Below are positions 37,076 through 47,350 of a stretch of 64,000 bases of DNA, piece by piece. The position numbers were made by a program, and so were the translations under genes. The stretch's first letter is position 1. The number at the start of each line of letters is the position of its first letter. Origin of the DNA: a virus (taxonomy: Duplodnaviria; Caudoviricetes); IMG/VR virus record IMGVR_UViG_3300044991_001466; one strand, 5' to 3'. Under the pieces are notes generated by a model. That model searched no databases and was not told the DNA's origin. It saw nothing but the letters and a program-made list of their open reading frames with translations.

Positions 37076-37923
37076 TGAAAGTATTAGTACAACACACCTT
37101 TAACACAGGAATGGGAGATTTTTTAAATTGCATTTATGAATATTTCCACACTTGTGAAAATTTAAAAAAGATTGGATATAACGATTTTAGTATAAAATTT
37201 TCTTTAAATAAAAACGTTTACTTACACAAAGATTCGTTTTTTGATTTTTTTAAAAGAGAAACTTTTGAAACAATTTTTAATAGTATTGAGATTATCGACA
37301 ATCCAATCGTTTCGGTAAAATATGGAGATATGGAAAGAATAATCTCAATTGGAAACGCAGACCCTGGTGCACATTTATGGGATTTATTTGTTGAGGATGG
37401 ATATGATGAAAATGTTAAAAACGCATTTAAACAATATTCATATAAAAAACCTGAAATCCCATATATTGATTTTTTTAATGACAAAATTAATGAAAAATAT
37501 CAAAATTTAAAGAAAGAATATGGTTTAGATGATTACGTCTCAATTTATTATCGTACACACGATTTACAAGATAATGAAGACACATATGTTAATTTTGAGT
37601 CTGAATTTGATGAAATTATAAGAAATAATGATAAAATATATGTTTCATCTAACGCGTATTTATTTAAAGAGTATGTTAAAAAATATGGTGATAAAATAGT
37701 AATGTACGATATACCGGGAGAAGATGTTGCAGGAAACCATTATAATTACAACCGTGTTTTTTATGACAATAAAGACATGATACATTTGAGGACTGAGTTT
37801 GTTTTATTTGAAATGTTAACACTATCGGACTCAAAAGAGGTTAATTTTTTCACATTATGGGGAAGAGAATCTAACTTCTTATTATTAACAAAAGTTAAAG
37901 AAACCCCTATAATTACAAAATGA
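37075..37923 (+). CDS. fucosyltransferase-like (O-FucT/NodZ-type fold)
   Basis: GMGDF, IYYRTHD, IYVSSN, EMLTLS. Confidence 0.55.
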   Translation: MKVLVQHTFNTGMGDFLNCIYEYFHTCENLKKIGYNDFSIKFSLNKNVYLHKDSFFDFFKRETFETIFNSIEIIDNPIVSVKYGDMERIISIGNADPGAHLWDLFVEDGYDENVKNAFKQYSYKKPEIPYIDFFNDKINEKYQNLKKEYGLDDYVSIYYRTHDLQDNEDTYVNFESEFDEIIRNNDKIYVSSNAYLFKEYVKKYGDKIVMYDIPGEDVAGNHYNYNRVFYDNKDMIHLRTEFVLFEMLTLSDSKEVNFFTLWGRESNFLLLTKVKETPIITK

Positions 37924-38774
37924 AATTAAGTTTTACTTTTGAACCGTTAATGAGTTCGTGGGCACCACAAAGAATATTTAATGAATATTACAAATGGTTT
38001 AAAGAATCACATCAAAATGTTGACATTGAATATATTAACATCGACAATTTCAATAAAACACCATGTGGTCTTTATTCTCCACATAATATGACTATTAGAA
38101 ATGTGGAAAATAAAAAATATATGATTGTCACATATTGGGATAGACCTGATGATTTTACCACTGATTATAATGGTTGGGATATTGAAAATTGTGTAGAGAT
38201 ACTAACGTCGGCTGGTGTTTCAGATAAAGTTGTTGCAACCCCAACGTCGTATTGCACATATTCATTATCACACGAAAATATTGCAAATGATATTAGAACC
38301 ACGTTTGATAAAAAAACAAATAACGAATTACTTTTTAGGGGATTTTTATACTCAATAAGAAAAGAAATGGGTGACTTGGAACCCAATATGATAACAAATG
38401 AAAAATTGGGGACGTTTGAATATATGTCTGAAATAAACAATAATCAAATATCATTAAGTTTAAATGGAGCGGCGGAAATTTGTAATAGAGATATTGAAAT
38501 ATTATCTGTTGGGTCAGTATTATTTAGACCAAAATTAAAACAGAAGTTTTATAATCAATTAATTGATGGAGTACATTATGTTGGTTTTGATGAAGATGAA
38601 AATCCAAATAATCAAATTGAAATCATTAAAGAAAAGTTTGCAGAAATGAGAAACCAATACGATTTATTAAAATCAATTTCAGAAAATGGCCTTAAATGGT
38701 ATCATGAAAATGGTTCAATAAAAGGTAATGTTAATGTATTAAAAAAAGTAATAAAAATAGAAAATTTAAAATAA
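37920..38774 (+). CDS. GT-B glycosyltransferase (CgeB/GT90-like C-terminus)
   Basis: SLSLNG..ICNRDIEILSVG..L; LIDGVHYV. Confidence 0.6.
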   Translation: MKLSFTFEPLMSSWAPQRIFNEYYKWFKESHQNVDIEYINIDNFNKTPCGLYSPHNMTIRNVENKKYMIVTYWDRPDDFTTDYNGWDIENCVEILTSAGVSDKVVATPTSYCTYSLSHENIANDIRTTFDKKTNNELLFRGFLYSIRKEMGDLEPNMITNEKLGTFEYMSEINNNQISLSLNGAAEICNRDIEILSVGSVLFRPKLKQKFYNQLIDGVHYVGFDEDENPNNQIEIIKEKFAEMRNQYDLLKSISENGLKWYHENGSIKGNVNVLKKVIKIENLK

Positions 38775-39539
38775 ATGACAAATCAATCAACTAAAGTCAT
38801 TTTAACAATGACAACAATACCTAATAGATTGAATGACTCAACATTAGAAACGGGGATTGGACCCGTTATTGTTAGGATGACAACATTATCATATGATAAT
38901 TATGAATTACATTTAAACATACCATATATTAATGCTAAAATAAATCAAGAATACATTATACCTGATTGGTTACAAAATTATCAATCAGATAAATTAAAAA
39001 TTTTTAGAACCATTGATTATGGTTCAGTTACTAAAATCTTACCGACATTAGAAAGAATAAATGACCCTGAACAGATAATCATAACGGTAGACGATGATTT
39101 GGAATACATGGATGGATTTATTGAATATCATTTATTAAAAAGAAACGATTATCCCGATTTTGCTTTGGGGTTTGCTGGCGTTGGATCAATAGGTGGTGAT
39201 TGTCATTTTTGTACTACATTACCTAAAGACACTAGAGTTAAAATATTGGAAGGATATAAAACCGCGTCATATAAAAGAAGTTTTTTTAATGACGATTTTT
39301 ATGAATTTTCAAAAGGTAGTTGGAGTGATGATGTAATAATCTCAGCATACTTGGGTAAAAATAATATTCAAAAATATGTAATGAGTTATAATTTAGATGA
39401 AGACTTTAATCCAGTAGTTGAGTCTTTTCCTGTGGTTAGAATATTACCTAATGAAGCAGGTGGATGTCACGTGTTTAGAAATGAAAACATATACGATAAT
39501 AGTAGTTCGTACCATAAATTAGGATATCTTGAAAAATAG
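38775..39539 (+). CDS. GT-A glycosyltransferase
   Basis: LTMTTIPNR, DYGSVTKILP, IITVDDD. Confidence 0.7.
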   Translation: MTNQSTKVILTMTTIPNRLNDSTLETGIGPVIVRMTTLSYDNYELHLNIPYINAKINQEYIIPDWLQNYQSDKLKIFRTIDYGSVTKILPTLERINDPEQIIITVDDDLEYMDGFIEYHLLKRNDYPDFALGFAGVGSIGGDCHFCTTLPKDTRVKILEGYKTASYKRSFFNDDFYEFSKGSWSDDVIISAYLGKNNIQKYVMSYNLDEDFNPVVESFPVVRILPNEAGGCHVFRNENIYDNSSSYHKLGYLEK

Positions 39540-39542
39540 TAT

Positions 39543-41219
39543 ATGAGTAAAGTAACAATAGTAACAGGTATTTGGGACATAAAAAGAAGTGAACTATCCG
39601 AAGGGTGGAATCGTTCTTTTAATCATTATTTAATTCATTTATCTAACTTAATGAAAGTTGATGACAACATGATAATTTATGTTGAGGAGAAATATAAGTC
39701 ATTTGTGGAAGAAAAAAGAAGTTCAAGCAATACATTGATTATTGTCAGAGAATTAGAATGGTTTAAATCAAACGAGTTAATTTTCAATAACATACAAAAA
39801 ATAAGACAATCGTCTGAATGGTACAATCAGTCTGGTTGGTTACCGGAAAGTACTCAGGCTAAATTAGAGATGTACAATCCGATTGTTATGTCTAAAATGT
39901 TTTTATTAAATGACGCATCTATTATGGACCCATTTAATTCTACACATATGGTTTGGGTTGATGGTGCGTTAACCAACACAGTACATGAGGGTTATTTTTG
40001 GAATGATAATGTTATTAAAAAATTAAACAAACATTTTAATAAATTTAGTTTTGTTTGTTTTCCATATGACGGTAAAGTTGAAATCCATGGTTTCAAGTAT
40101 GATGAGATGTGTAAATATGCAAACGATGAAGTTAATAAAGTTGCTAGAGGTGGTATTTTTGGTGGTCCTAAACATTTAATAAATCATATTAATCAAATAT
40201 ATTATGATTTATTAAGCGACACCTTATCAAAAGGATTGATGGGGACTGAGGAGAGTTTATTTACCATAATGACTTATAAACATCCCGATTTAATACAATA
40301 CTTTGAAATTGAATCAAATGGACTGTTGGGGTTATTTTTTGAAAATTTAAAAAATGATAATTTAACACCTAAGATTGAGGGTAAACAATTAAATAACATT
40401 AATTTACATGATAGAGAAAATGTTGCATTATATGTTTTAACGTACAATTCACCAAGACAATTTGAAAAATTATGTTTATCCTTTGAAACGTATGATAGGA
40501 ACTTCATAGATAGACCTAAAAAATTTCTATTAAATAATTCATTAGATAGGTCGACAGACTTGGCGTATGCTGAACTTTGTGATAGATATGGTTTTGAAGA
40601 AATTAAAAAAGACAATATAGGTATTTGCGGTGGTAGACAATTTATTGCGGAACATTCAGATGAACATGGTTTTGATTATTATTTCTTTTTTGAGGACGAT
40701 ATGTTTTTTTATATGGGTCCCGATGAATTTTGTAGAAATGGTTTTAGAAGAAAAATAAAAGATTTCTACAATGTTATGATGGACGTTATTTGGAAAGAAA
40801 ATTTTGATTATTTAAAATGGAATTTTAGTGAATTTTTTGGTGACAACACAAGACAATGGGCTTGGCACAACGTACCAGCAAATGTTAGGTCAGAATTATT
40901 CAAAGACGCACCAATCAAATTTAACGACGATTATAGTTTAGCTCCGTTTTTAAATTTTAAAAACATTAAATCACATAAAGGATTACCATACGCTACAGGT
41001 GAGATTTATTATTGTAATTGGCCACAAGTGGTTTCAAAAGAAGGTAATAAGAAAATGTTTTTAGATACAAAATGGGGTCACCCATACGAACAAACTTGGA
41101 TGTCTCACATATATCAAGAAACAATTAAAGGTAAGGTTAACACCGCAATACTTTTAGCGTCACCAACAGAACATGATAGATTTGATCATTATCCCGGAAA
41201 CGATAGAAGGGAAAATTAA
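39543..41219 (+). CDS. HtrL/YibB-like domain + GT-A domain fusion
   Basis: VTIVTGIWDI, SKMFLL..A...PF, WVDG; C-terminal FFEDDM. Confidence 0.65.
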   Translation: MSKVTIVTGIWDIKRSELSEGWNRSFNHYLIHLSNLMKVDDNMIIYVEEKYKSFVEEKRSSSNTLIIVRELEWFKSNELIFNNIQKIRQSSEWYNQSGWLPESTQAKLEMYNPIVMSKMFLLNDASIMDPFNSTHMVWVDGALTNTVHEGYFWNDNVIKKLNKHFNKFSFVCFPYDGKVEIHGFKYDEMCKYANDEVNKVARGGIFGGPKHLINHINQIYYDLLSDTLSKGLMGTEESLFTIMTYKHPDLIQYFEIESNGLLGLFFENLKNDNLTPKIEGKQLNNINLHDRENVALYVLTYNSPRQFEKLCLSFETYDRNFIDRPKKFLLNNSLDRSTDLAYAELCDRYGFEEIKKDNIGICGGRQFIAEHSDEHGFDYYFFFEDDMFFYMGPDEFCRNGFRRKIKDFYNVMMDVIWKENFDYLKWNFSEFFGDNTRQWAWHNVPANVRSELFKDAPIKFNDDYSLAPFLNFKNIKSHKGLPYATGEIYYCNWPQVVSKEGNKKMFLDTKWGHPYEQTWMSHIYQETIKGKVNTAILLASPTEHDRFDHYPGNDRREN

Positions 41220-41270
41220 TATATTTATCACAACACCATAATAGTTTAAACAATCGACAAATGACAGACG

Positions 41271-41516
41271 GTGATAGTAAAACACATAAAAAATTTAAAA
41301 AAACGAGAACACCGAATTCCGTTTCTAAAAGACATGTTTTTAATGTTGTCCCTATTCTTCAATCCTTTTGGGTTCGATGCCGTACAGTATTCCCTAATAT
41401 TACTAACAGGGAGTTTATGGAAAGCGAATTTCGTATTGTATTGTATTGCGGGATTATTTTTTGGTTTATATATCTACTATACCAAATTGTTACATAAAAA
41501 CAAAACCTCCGATTAG
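41271..41516 (+). CDS. small two-TM membrane protein
   Basis: FLMLSLFFNPFGFD...LYCIAGLFFGLY; terminator follows. Confidence 0.55.
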   Translation: MIVKHIKNLKKREHRIPFLKDMFLMLSLFFNPFGFDAVQYSLILLTGSLWKANFVLYCIAGLFFGLYIYYTKLLHKNKTSD

Positions 41517-41527
41517 GAGGTTTTTTT
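41502..41527. terminator. Rho-independent terminator
   Basis: AAAACCTCC/GGAGGTTTT. Confidence 0.7.
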
Positions 41528-41661
41528 AGTTTTATCTTTTTCAGGTTGTTTTAACCCTTTTTTTAAATCTTCTTTTTTATCTATATCAGATTTAATTGCT
41601 GTTTTGTGTTGGTTGGAAATTTTCTTTTTTTCCTCTTCCGACATTTCTATAATACTCATGA

Positions 41662-41976
41662 TTAAATTGTTTTACTTTCTTTTACTTTTATTGATTCTTC
41701 TTTTTTATTTTTTAATGTCACACACATTTCATATTCTTCTCTTTCTTCAAATATCAAAATTAATGAATCTAAAATTTCAACATAAAGTTGTAAGTCATTG
41801 TCATAAGAAAGTATGGTACATGTATTATTATAATCATTTAAAATTTCATTGTCAACAGCACACATAAAATTAGTTATCATAGACAATTCATCCTCATCAT
41901 ATGTATTATGATTTAATACTCTTGTTGCCTGTAATAAAAAATTCATTGGTAAACTCATATCATAAATACCACTCAT
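41662..41976 (-). CDS. hypothetical protein with UVR-like helix
   Basis: FEEREEYEMCVTLK; overlaps 41973. Confidence 0.6.
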   Translation of the reverse strand: MSGIYDMSLPMNFLLQATRVLNHNTYDEDELSMITNFMCAVDNEILNDYNNTCTILSYDNDLQLYVEILDSLILIFEEREEYEMCVTLKNKKEESIKVKESKTI

Positions 41977-42296
41977 ACTTTCTCCTTTTTTATTTTATCT
42001 AATAATTTAAAACAATGAAAAAAACCATTAACCTCACATTCTTCTCTTGTTGTTGTGGAATCTTGGGTTGGGCCAAATACTATTCCGTTATGTAGTGAGA
42101 TGGTAAAAACCCATTGTTGTGGATTGTACATTTCCGTGGTTAGATACACACCTTCTTTATCAAAAAAATGATATAGTTTTTTTGTATCATACGTTTCTAA
42201 AGTAGAAATACTCAACACCCCCATATTTGGGAACATAATTTCTGAAAACCTTGTAAAGGCCGTCGGAAACAAATATTCAATTTCATACCAATTCAT
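41973..42296 (-). CDS. hypothetical protein (107 aa)
   Basis: 4-nt overlap with the next gene. Confidence 0.7.
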   Translation of the reverse strand: MNWYEIEYLFPTAFTRFSEIMFPNMGVLSISTLETYDTKKLYHFFDKEGVYLTTEMYNPQQWVFTISLHNGIVFGPTQDSTTTREECEVNGFFHCFKLLDKIKKEKV

Positions 42297-42391
42297 ATTA
42301 TTAATTATAAGAAAAAATAACTCATTTTGTATCTAAAATTTGAAAATATTTGGGATTATCAAAATTATTAATATAATTATGTTTATTTACA

Positions 42392-42631
42392 ATGAATATA
42401 ATCGAATATTATTACAACGACGATAACAGGATGTTATACGTCGAATTTTCAACAAAAGAAGACGGAGATAGTTATTATCGAGTGTTAAAACTCAATTATG
42501 ACGATATTGAATTCTATTCTCCCGAAATTATAGATGAGGAAGACATAGACGGAATAGATGAGGATTTCGTAATTGACCTAATTAATCAGTATTTATTAGA
42601 TAATGACTTACCAGAAGAAATAAGTCTCTGA
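42392..42631 (+). CDS. acidic hypothetical protein (79 aa)
   Basis: clean ORF. Confidence 0.65.
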   Translation: MNIIEYYYNDDNRMLYVEFSTKEDGDSYYRVLKLNYDDIEFYSPEIIDEEDIDGIDEDFVIDLINQYLLDNDLPEEISL

Positions 42632-42642
42632 TATTTATTACT

Positions 42643-43011
42643 ATGAGTTTTTTAACCGAAGATAAAAAAAAGGTGTTAGATAAGTTTGTCCTATTTGTAA
42701 AAAAACAATTAGAATTAAAGACAATCCCCACAATTAAAATCCAAAACGATAGAGAGGGATTAAAAACAACAGCAAATTACGACTACACCAAAGAAAACAA
42801 AATAATTAAGGTTTGTGCAATGAACAGAGCGTTAGTTGATGTGTGTAGAAGTATTGCACATGAAATGGTTCATCATAAACAATTTGAGGATGGTCGTTTA
42901 GAGGTTAAACCACCTGATATTGGAGGTGAAATTGAGGATGAGGCAAATGCTAAGGCCGGTCAATTCATCAAGATGTACTCCAAGGAAGACCCCACCATTT
43001 ACGACTTGTAA
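42643..43011 (+). CDS. late zincin-like metallopeptidase with short leader
   Basis: MSFLTEDKKK; IAHEMVHHKQ...EDEANA. Confidence 0.75.
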   Translation: MSFLTEDKKKVLDKFVLFVKKQLELKTIPTIKIQNDREGLKTTANYDYTKENKIIKVCAMNRALVDVCRSIAHEMVHHKQFEDGRLEVKPPDIGGEIEDEANAKAGQFIKMYSKEDPTIYDL

Positions 43012-43012
43012 A

Positions 43013-43630
43013 TTAATTTCTCATAAACACTAATTGTAGTTTATAAGTTAATAATTTATCTGTTGACCTGTTACTTAATAAAACATCAGTTGTTACGTTT
43101 GGGGATGTTAAAATTAAGACTTCTTTTGGGGTTACCCCTAGTTTTTTTTCAGTATAATATGTCCATGACGTATACCCTATAGGTCTTTGGTCAAATTGTT
43201 TTATATCATGTACCGTTATTCTGGTACCACTATTAAAAGACACCCAACAATTTTTGGTTCCTTGATTACCATTAAAAAAGGTAGAAAGTTCATAAGTTTC
43301 AAATTCCCATTTTGTTGAATTTACCCCATCTCTATCTAAAATAAATAATCTAGATAATGGAGTTTTAGAAAAGTCTTGGGTTAATGTTAATGTTGTATCA
43401 GTCTGTTGTTTGAATCTAAATGATTGTAAACCAACACTATCGGTTTTAATTACTTCTATTTTGCTTATGTCGGATGCCTTGTCACAACCTTGGCAACTCA
43501 CCAATTTTATTTCATAATCGGATAGAAACCATTGACCCCCATTTAACGTTAGTGGGACGTAGCTTTCTAACTCATATTTCTCACAGCTAAGTAAGGTCAA
43601 TGATATTATAAAAAAGATTAATCTCTTCAT
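43013..43630 (-). CDS. lipoprotein (lipocalin-like)
   Basis: MKRLIFFIISLTLLS-C lipobox; GQW strand. Confidence 0.7.
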   Translation of the reverse strand: MKRLIFFIISLTLLSCEKYELESYVPLTLNGGQWFLSDYEIKLVSCQGCDKASDISKIEVIKTDSVGLQSFRFKQQTDTTLTLTQDFSKTPLSRLFILDRDGVNSTKWEFETYELSTFFNGNQGTKNCWVSFNSGTRITVHDIKQFDQRPIGYTSWTYYTEKKLGVTPKEVLILTSPNVTTDVLLSNRSTDKLLTYKLQLVFMRN

Positions 43631-43709
43631 GTCTTTATGTTTTCACCAAAATTACGTATTTTTTATGATATACATACAAATATCTCACTTTTTTTTGTAT
43701 TTATACTAT

Positions 43710-43985
43710 ATGAAGATGTTTATCAGTGAAAAACAATTAGAGTTAATATACTCAGAACGTAATGGTAATCAAGAGATTGATGAAGAAGACGCTGGAACGG
43801 ACCCTGAGGCAGCAAAACCAACTGCGGGTACGTCATCAACACAAACGGGTGGTCAAGGGTATCCTGAGGTCGGTAAATGGGAAAGTGGGGTAACAAGAGG
43901 TCCTGGTAATCAAGTTGGTATAACGAAGTGGGCGGATGTTGTCGGAGCTAATCTTAAACGAGGTAAGGATAATCCATTAAAATAA
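43710..43985 (+). CDS. leader + low-complexity small protein (start moved to 43710)
   Basis: MKMFISEKQL; repeats KWESGVTRGPGNQ / KWADVVGANLKRGKDNP. Confidence 0.7.
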   Translation: MKMFISEKQLELIYSERNGNQEIDEEDAGTDPEAAKPTAGTSSTQTGGQGYPEVGKWESGVTRGPGNQVGITKWADVVGANLKRGKDNPLK

Positions 43986-44018
43986 TATTCTTAGATATTT
44001 ATATACGTAAAAATAAAC

Positions 44019-45185
44019 ATGGTATACCAAAGAAGACAAATTATTACAGAATCTGAAAGAAATCATATTAGAAAAATATATGGTTTAACTCCACAAAAGG
44101 AGTTTGTTTTTGATTTGGTTATTACCGAAAATGAGAAATATCTAATTTTTTTAGATAATGTTTTTGTTAAAAACGGTGACGGAAAATCAATCGGTACAAT
44201 ATGGGAAAACACCTATATTTTTAACGAAATTTTAATGGATTCGGTTAAACATTTAAATGAGTCAGTTCAATCTTCTGTAAATGAACTTATATCAACAATT
44301 AAATGGTCTAAAGAATTGATAACTGAATGGATTAAAGATAAGGGTGTTATATCGGAAGAAGAAGGTAGTTGGTGGGATAACATTAAAAGTGGAGCAATAA
44401 ATTTAGGCCAAAAAGTAAGTTCATCTTTTTTAAGTTCAATGGAATCTATTTTTAAGGGAGCAATTCTACCCGCACTAAGATGGATTAGACGACAATTATA
44501 CACAATTGAAGGTATTATTATAGATATTCTTATGTCATTTTTTTTAGTTAAAAGTAATGCAATTTTATGGGGTATTATAGTTTTATTAGATATTGGTGAA
44601 ATTGCATTTAATGATTTTGACCCACAAGACCCTGCGAGGTCACAATTACCGTATTTCTTTTTAATTGCAGATACCATTGGCGCACTATTCTCTGGATTAG
44701 CCGCAAAAGCTGCAGCAAAAGAAGTTCAAATCATTTCAAAATCTGGTTTATCAAAAGGGTCACCAACATTAGTGAAAATGATAAACACATTAGCGGAAAA
44801 AATACCATCATTAAAAAATATTTTAAAAACGGCAGCCGATGCCATTTCTAAAAAACTTACTAACGGTAAAGGGGTTATTTCAAAAATATTAGGGTTTGTA
44901 GATACAATATTATCTAATTTTTCAGTGTTTTTATCAAAATTAACTGGTAAAACAAACGGTAAACTTAACATATTAAATCCCGCAAAAACAGCCGCGGTAG
45001 CTCTCGGTGTTGGTAAGTCGGCCGAATATGGTATTGAACATTTAGATAAAAATAACAAGGTTGGCGGATTTATTGTTGGAACAAATGATAAGGTTAAAAA
45101 TTTGGTCGGAGTTAGAACACCGGTTTTTAATCCTGAAACATCTTCAGCAGTTTTAAGAGCAAGACAATTAGGACTATTAAAATAA
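44019..45185 (+). CDS. leader + hydrophobic helical protein (candidate ejection protein)
   Basis: IITESERNHI; hydrophobic hairpin IIIDILMSFFLV...LWGIIVLLD; Ala/Gly/Lys-rich tail. Confidence 0.65.
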   Translation: MVYQRRQIITESERNHIRKIYGLTPQKEFVFDLVITENEKYLIFLDNVFVKNGDGKSIGTIWENTYIFNEILMDSVKHLNESVQSSVNELISTIKWSKELITEWIKDKGVISEEEGSWWDNIKSGAINLGQKVSSSFLSSMESIFKGAILPALRWIRRQLYTIEGIIIDILMSFFLVKSNAILWGIIVLLDIGEIAFNDFDPQDPARSQLPYFFLIADTIGALFSGLAAKAAAKEVQIISKSGLSKGSPTLVKMINTLAEKIPSLKNILKTAADAISKKLTNGKGVISKILGFVDTILSNFSVFLSKLTGKTNGKLNILNPAKTAAVALGVGKSAEYGIEHLDKNNKVGGFIVGTNDKVKNLVGVRTPVFNPETSSAVLRARQLGLLK

Positions 45186-45193
45186 AAAAAAAC

Positions 45194-47347
45194 ATGAAAA
45201 CATTTGACATTGCAAAAGAAATTATGGGATACCATAATTTTGTTAAAAAAGAAATAAACGAAGGTACTCTCACAAAGATAATCACAAATGCCACAGTAAA
45301 ATCTGCAGTTCAAGCGATTGAAAAGGACGTTGCAAATTTAATCACACAACTAATACAAAAAGCTGGTTCTGCAAAAAAAATAACTGTTAATGCAATTAAA
45401 AACGATATAACTTATTTAAAAAGTTTAGAAAGTTTAGCGGAAATAGCCGCAAAATTAGAAAAAAACCCTTCAACGGGAATAAATTACAAATCTTTCAAGG
45501 AATATCAAACAGCTAATAGAGATGGGGCAGATGCTTTATTAAAAAAGGTATCTGAGGGGATGAATCAAGAAATATTAAACACCACCAAATCAATGGGAGC
45601 AACTATTGAAGGTGCCGAAAGTTTAGCCAAAGGTGAATTAAATGCTGCAACAAAAAAAGTTGGTAAAGATGGTGCGGTTATTGACCCGTTATTTAAAAAC
45701 GTTGAATCTAGTACAAATTTATCCACTAAATTGTCAAAGGGTCGAGCAGAAGCATCAAAACTTGGTCCAACTACTTTGAAAAATTTTGAAAAAGAAATGA
45801 ATAAGTTGGCACAATTAAGAGCACAGGGTCCAGGAGCCACAGTTTGGAAGAAGGTTAGGACTAAAAACAATAAAGTAAATGTTGTGAAAGGTGGAAAAGG
45901 TTATTCAATGACTGTGGACCAACTTAAAATTTATGGCGGTAATGTAAAAAACTTTGTGTTTAGTAAAAAAGGACTGGGTGTTTTAGCCGGTTTAGCTACA
46001 ATTGGGGTTATCTATTATTTACTACAACAACAAAATCCAAATGATCTTCTTATTATATCAGATGAGGATGGAAATGATTTAAGTGATATTGGAGGATGGG
46101 CACCATGTATTCAAGAATTATTAAAATCGGGAGAGGCTAAGGTGATAAAAAATGTGAGTGGTCAAATTAGTGTTAGACTTATACCAACGGAGTATCCTGG
46201 TGGATTACAATTTTACCCCAATGGTAAAGTTATGGATGTTGCAAGTAAAAAAATGGGTACTTGGAAATGTAAAGATGGTAAAACGGTAATTGCTGAAACT
46301 CAAAAAATATCATTAATTGGTTTATTAAATGAACAAGGTGGTCAAGTAACAGATGAACAAATGGATTCTTATGTTGACACCGCAGTAGATGATTTAGACG
46401 GATATGTTGCAGAATATAATTTAAAAAGTCTTTTAAATATTTTAACTGCATTAAAAGGTAAAACAAATAATGGTGAGGATGCAATTAAAAAATTCTTACA
46501 ATATTATAAAGAAGATGAGGGTGTTGATTTTGTGTCTGATGTGAATAGTGTTGGAGTTGCAAATCTAAGTGTGATGGCAAAAAATATGAAGCCACAAATC
46601 ATTGCTTTAGCGAAAGGTGGGGGGGTACCAACCGCAACTAAAACACCACCAACGGGAGGTAATAAAGGTTTAGGTGGTATCGATATTATTTGGGATGGTC
46701 AAAAGAAAACAGGAGAAAAAGAACCTATAGTAACGACACCAAAAAAATCAAAATATCACGATTGTTCAGGAAAAGATACATTTGAATTTGGATGTAAATC
46801 ACCAAAAATTAAAGAGATACAAACATGTTTAGGAATGGAAGAAAGATATCAAACGGGTAATTTCGGTCCATTAACAAAAAAGGCATTAGAAGACATGAGT
46901 TATGATACAAGTAAAGGTATTACTGTTGAGATGTATAACAGAATTAAATCAACGTGTACAGACAACTCTGATGATGGTGAGGGTGTTGGTGTGACAAAAT
47001 TAGACGGTTCTGTAGAACCTTTAAAAACAGATTCAATACCTAAAGTTGCATCGGTTAACGCTGATAATTTAAATAACGTACCAAACTTACAACCAATATC
47101 CCAAGGTAATAAAGGAGAAAAAATTTACAACCTATTAAAAGGTAATTTTGATACAAGAAATGACGAGGGTAATGAAGGTGATTCTTACATATTCCAAGAA
47201 GGAAATAGAATAAAATATAAGGGTAACGCATTATCTCAAGAGAATTTAGATATGTTAACTAGTTATATTTCAAGTTTAGGTTATGATTTTATGAAAGCAA
47301 AACCTAAAGATGATTATGAATTTAAATATGTTTGGTTAAAAAGATAA
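45194..47347 (+). CDS. 717-aa protein with TM helix and PG-binding-like repeat (candidate ejection protein)
   Basis: GLGVLAGLATIGVIYYLL; internal LIGLLNEQ; IKEIQTCLG...GNFGPLTKKAL. Confidence 0.65.
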   Translation: MKTFDIAKEIMGYHNFVKKEINEGTLTKIITNATVKSAVQAIEKDVANLITQLIQKAGSAKKITVNAIKNDITYLKSLESLAEIAAKLEKNPSTGINYKSFKEYQTANRDGADALLKKVSEGMNQEILNTTKSMGATIEGAESLAKGELNAATKKVGKDGAVIDPLFKNVESSTNLSTKLSKGRAEASKLGPTTLKNFEKEMNKLAQLRAQGPGATVWKKVRTKNNKVNVVKGGKGYSMTVDQLKIYGGNVKNFVFSKKGLGVLAGLATIGVIYYLLQQQNPNDLLIISDEDGNDLSDIGGWAPCIQELLKSGEAKVIKNVSGQISVRLIPTEYPGGLQFYPNGKVMDVASKKMGTWKCKDGKTVIAETQKISLIGLLNEQGGQVTDEQMDSYVDTAVDDLDGYVAEYNLKSLLNILTALKGKTNNGEDAIKKFLQYYKEDEGVDFVSDVNSVGVANLSVMAKNMKPQIIALAKGGGVPTATKTPPTGGNKGLGGIDIIWDGQKKTGEKEPIVTTPKKSKYHDCSGKDTFEFGCKSPKIKEIQTCLGMEERYQTGNFGPLTKKALEDMSYDTSKGITVEMYNRIKSTCTDNSDDGEGVGVTKLDGSVEPLKTDSIPKVASVNADNLNNVPNLQPISQGNKGEKIYNLLKGNFDTRNDEGNEGDSYIFQEGNRIKYKGNALSQENLDMLTSYISSLGYDFMKAKPKDDYEFKYVWLKR

Positions 47348-47350
47348 GAT

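Noticed and set aside
8165-41527. AACC(C)TCC..GGAGG(G)TT stems as a mobile repeat family
   Set aside because: Each follows a stop codon and has a T tract; ordinary terminators explain them.
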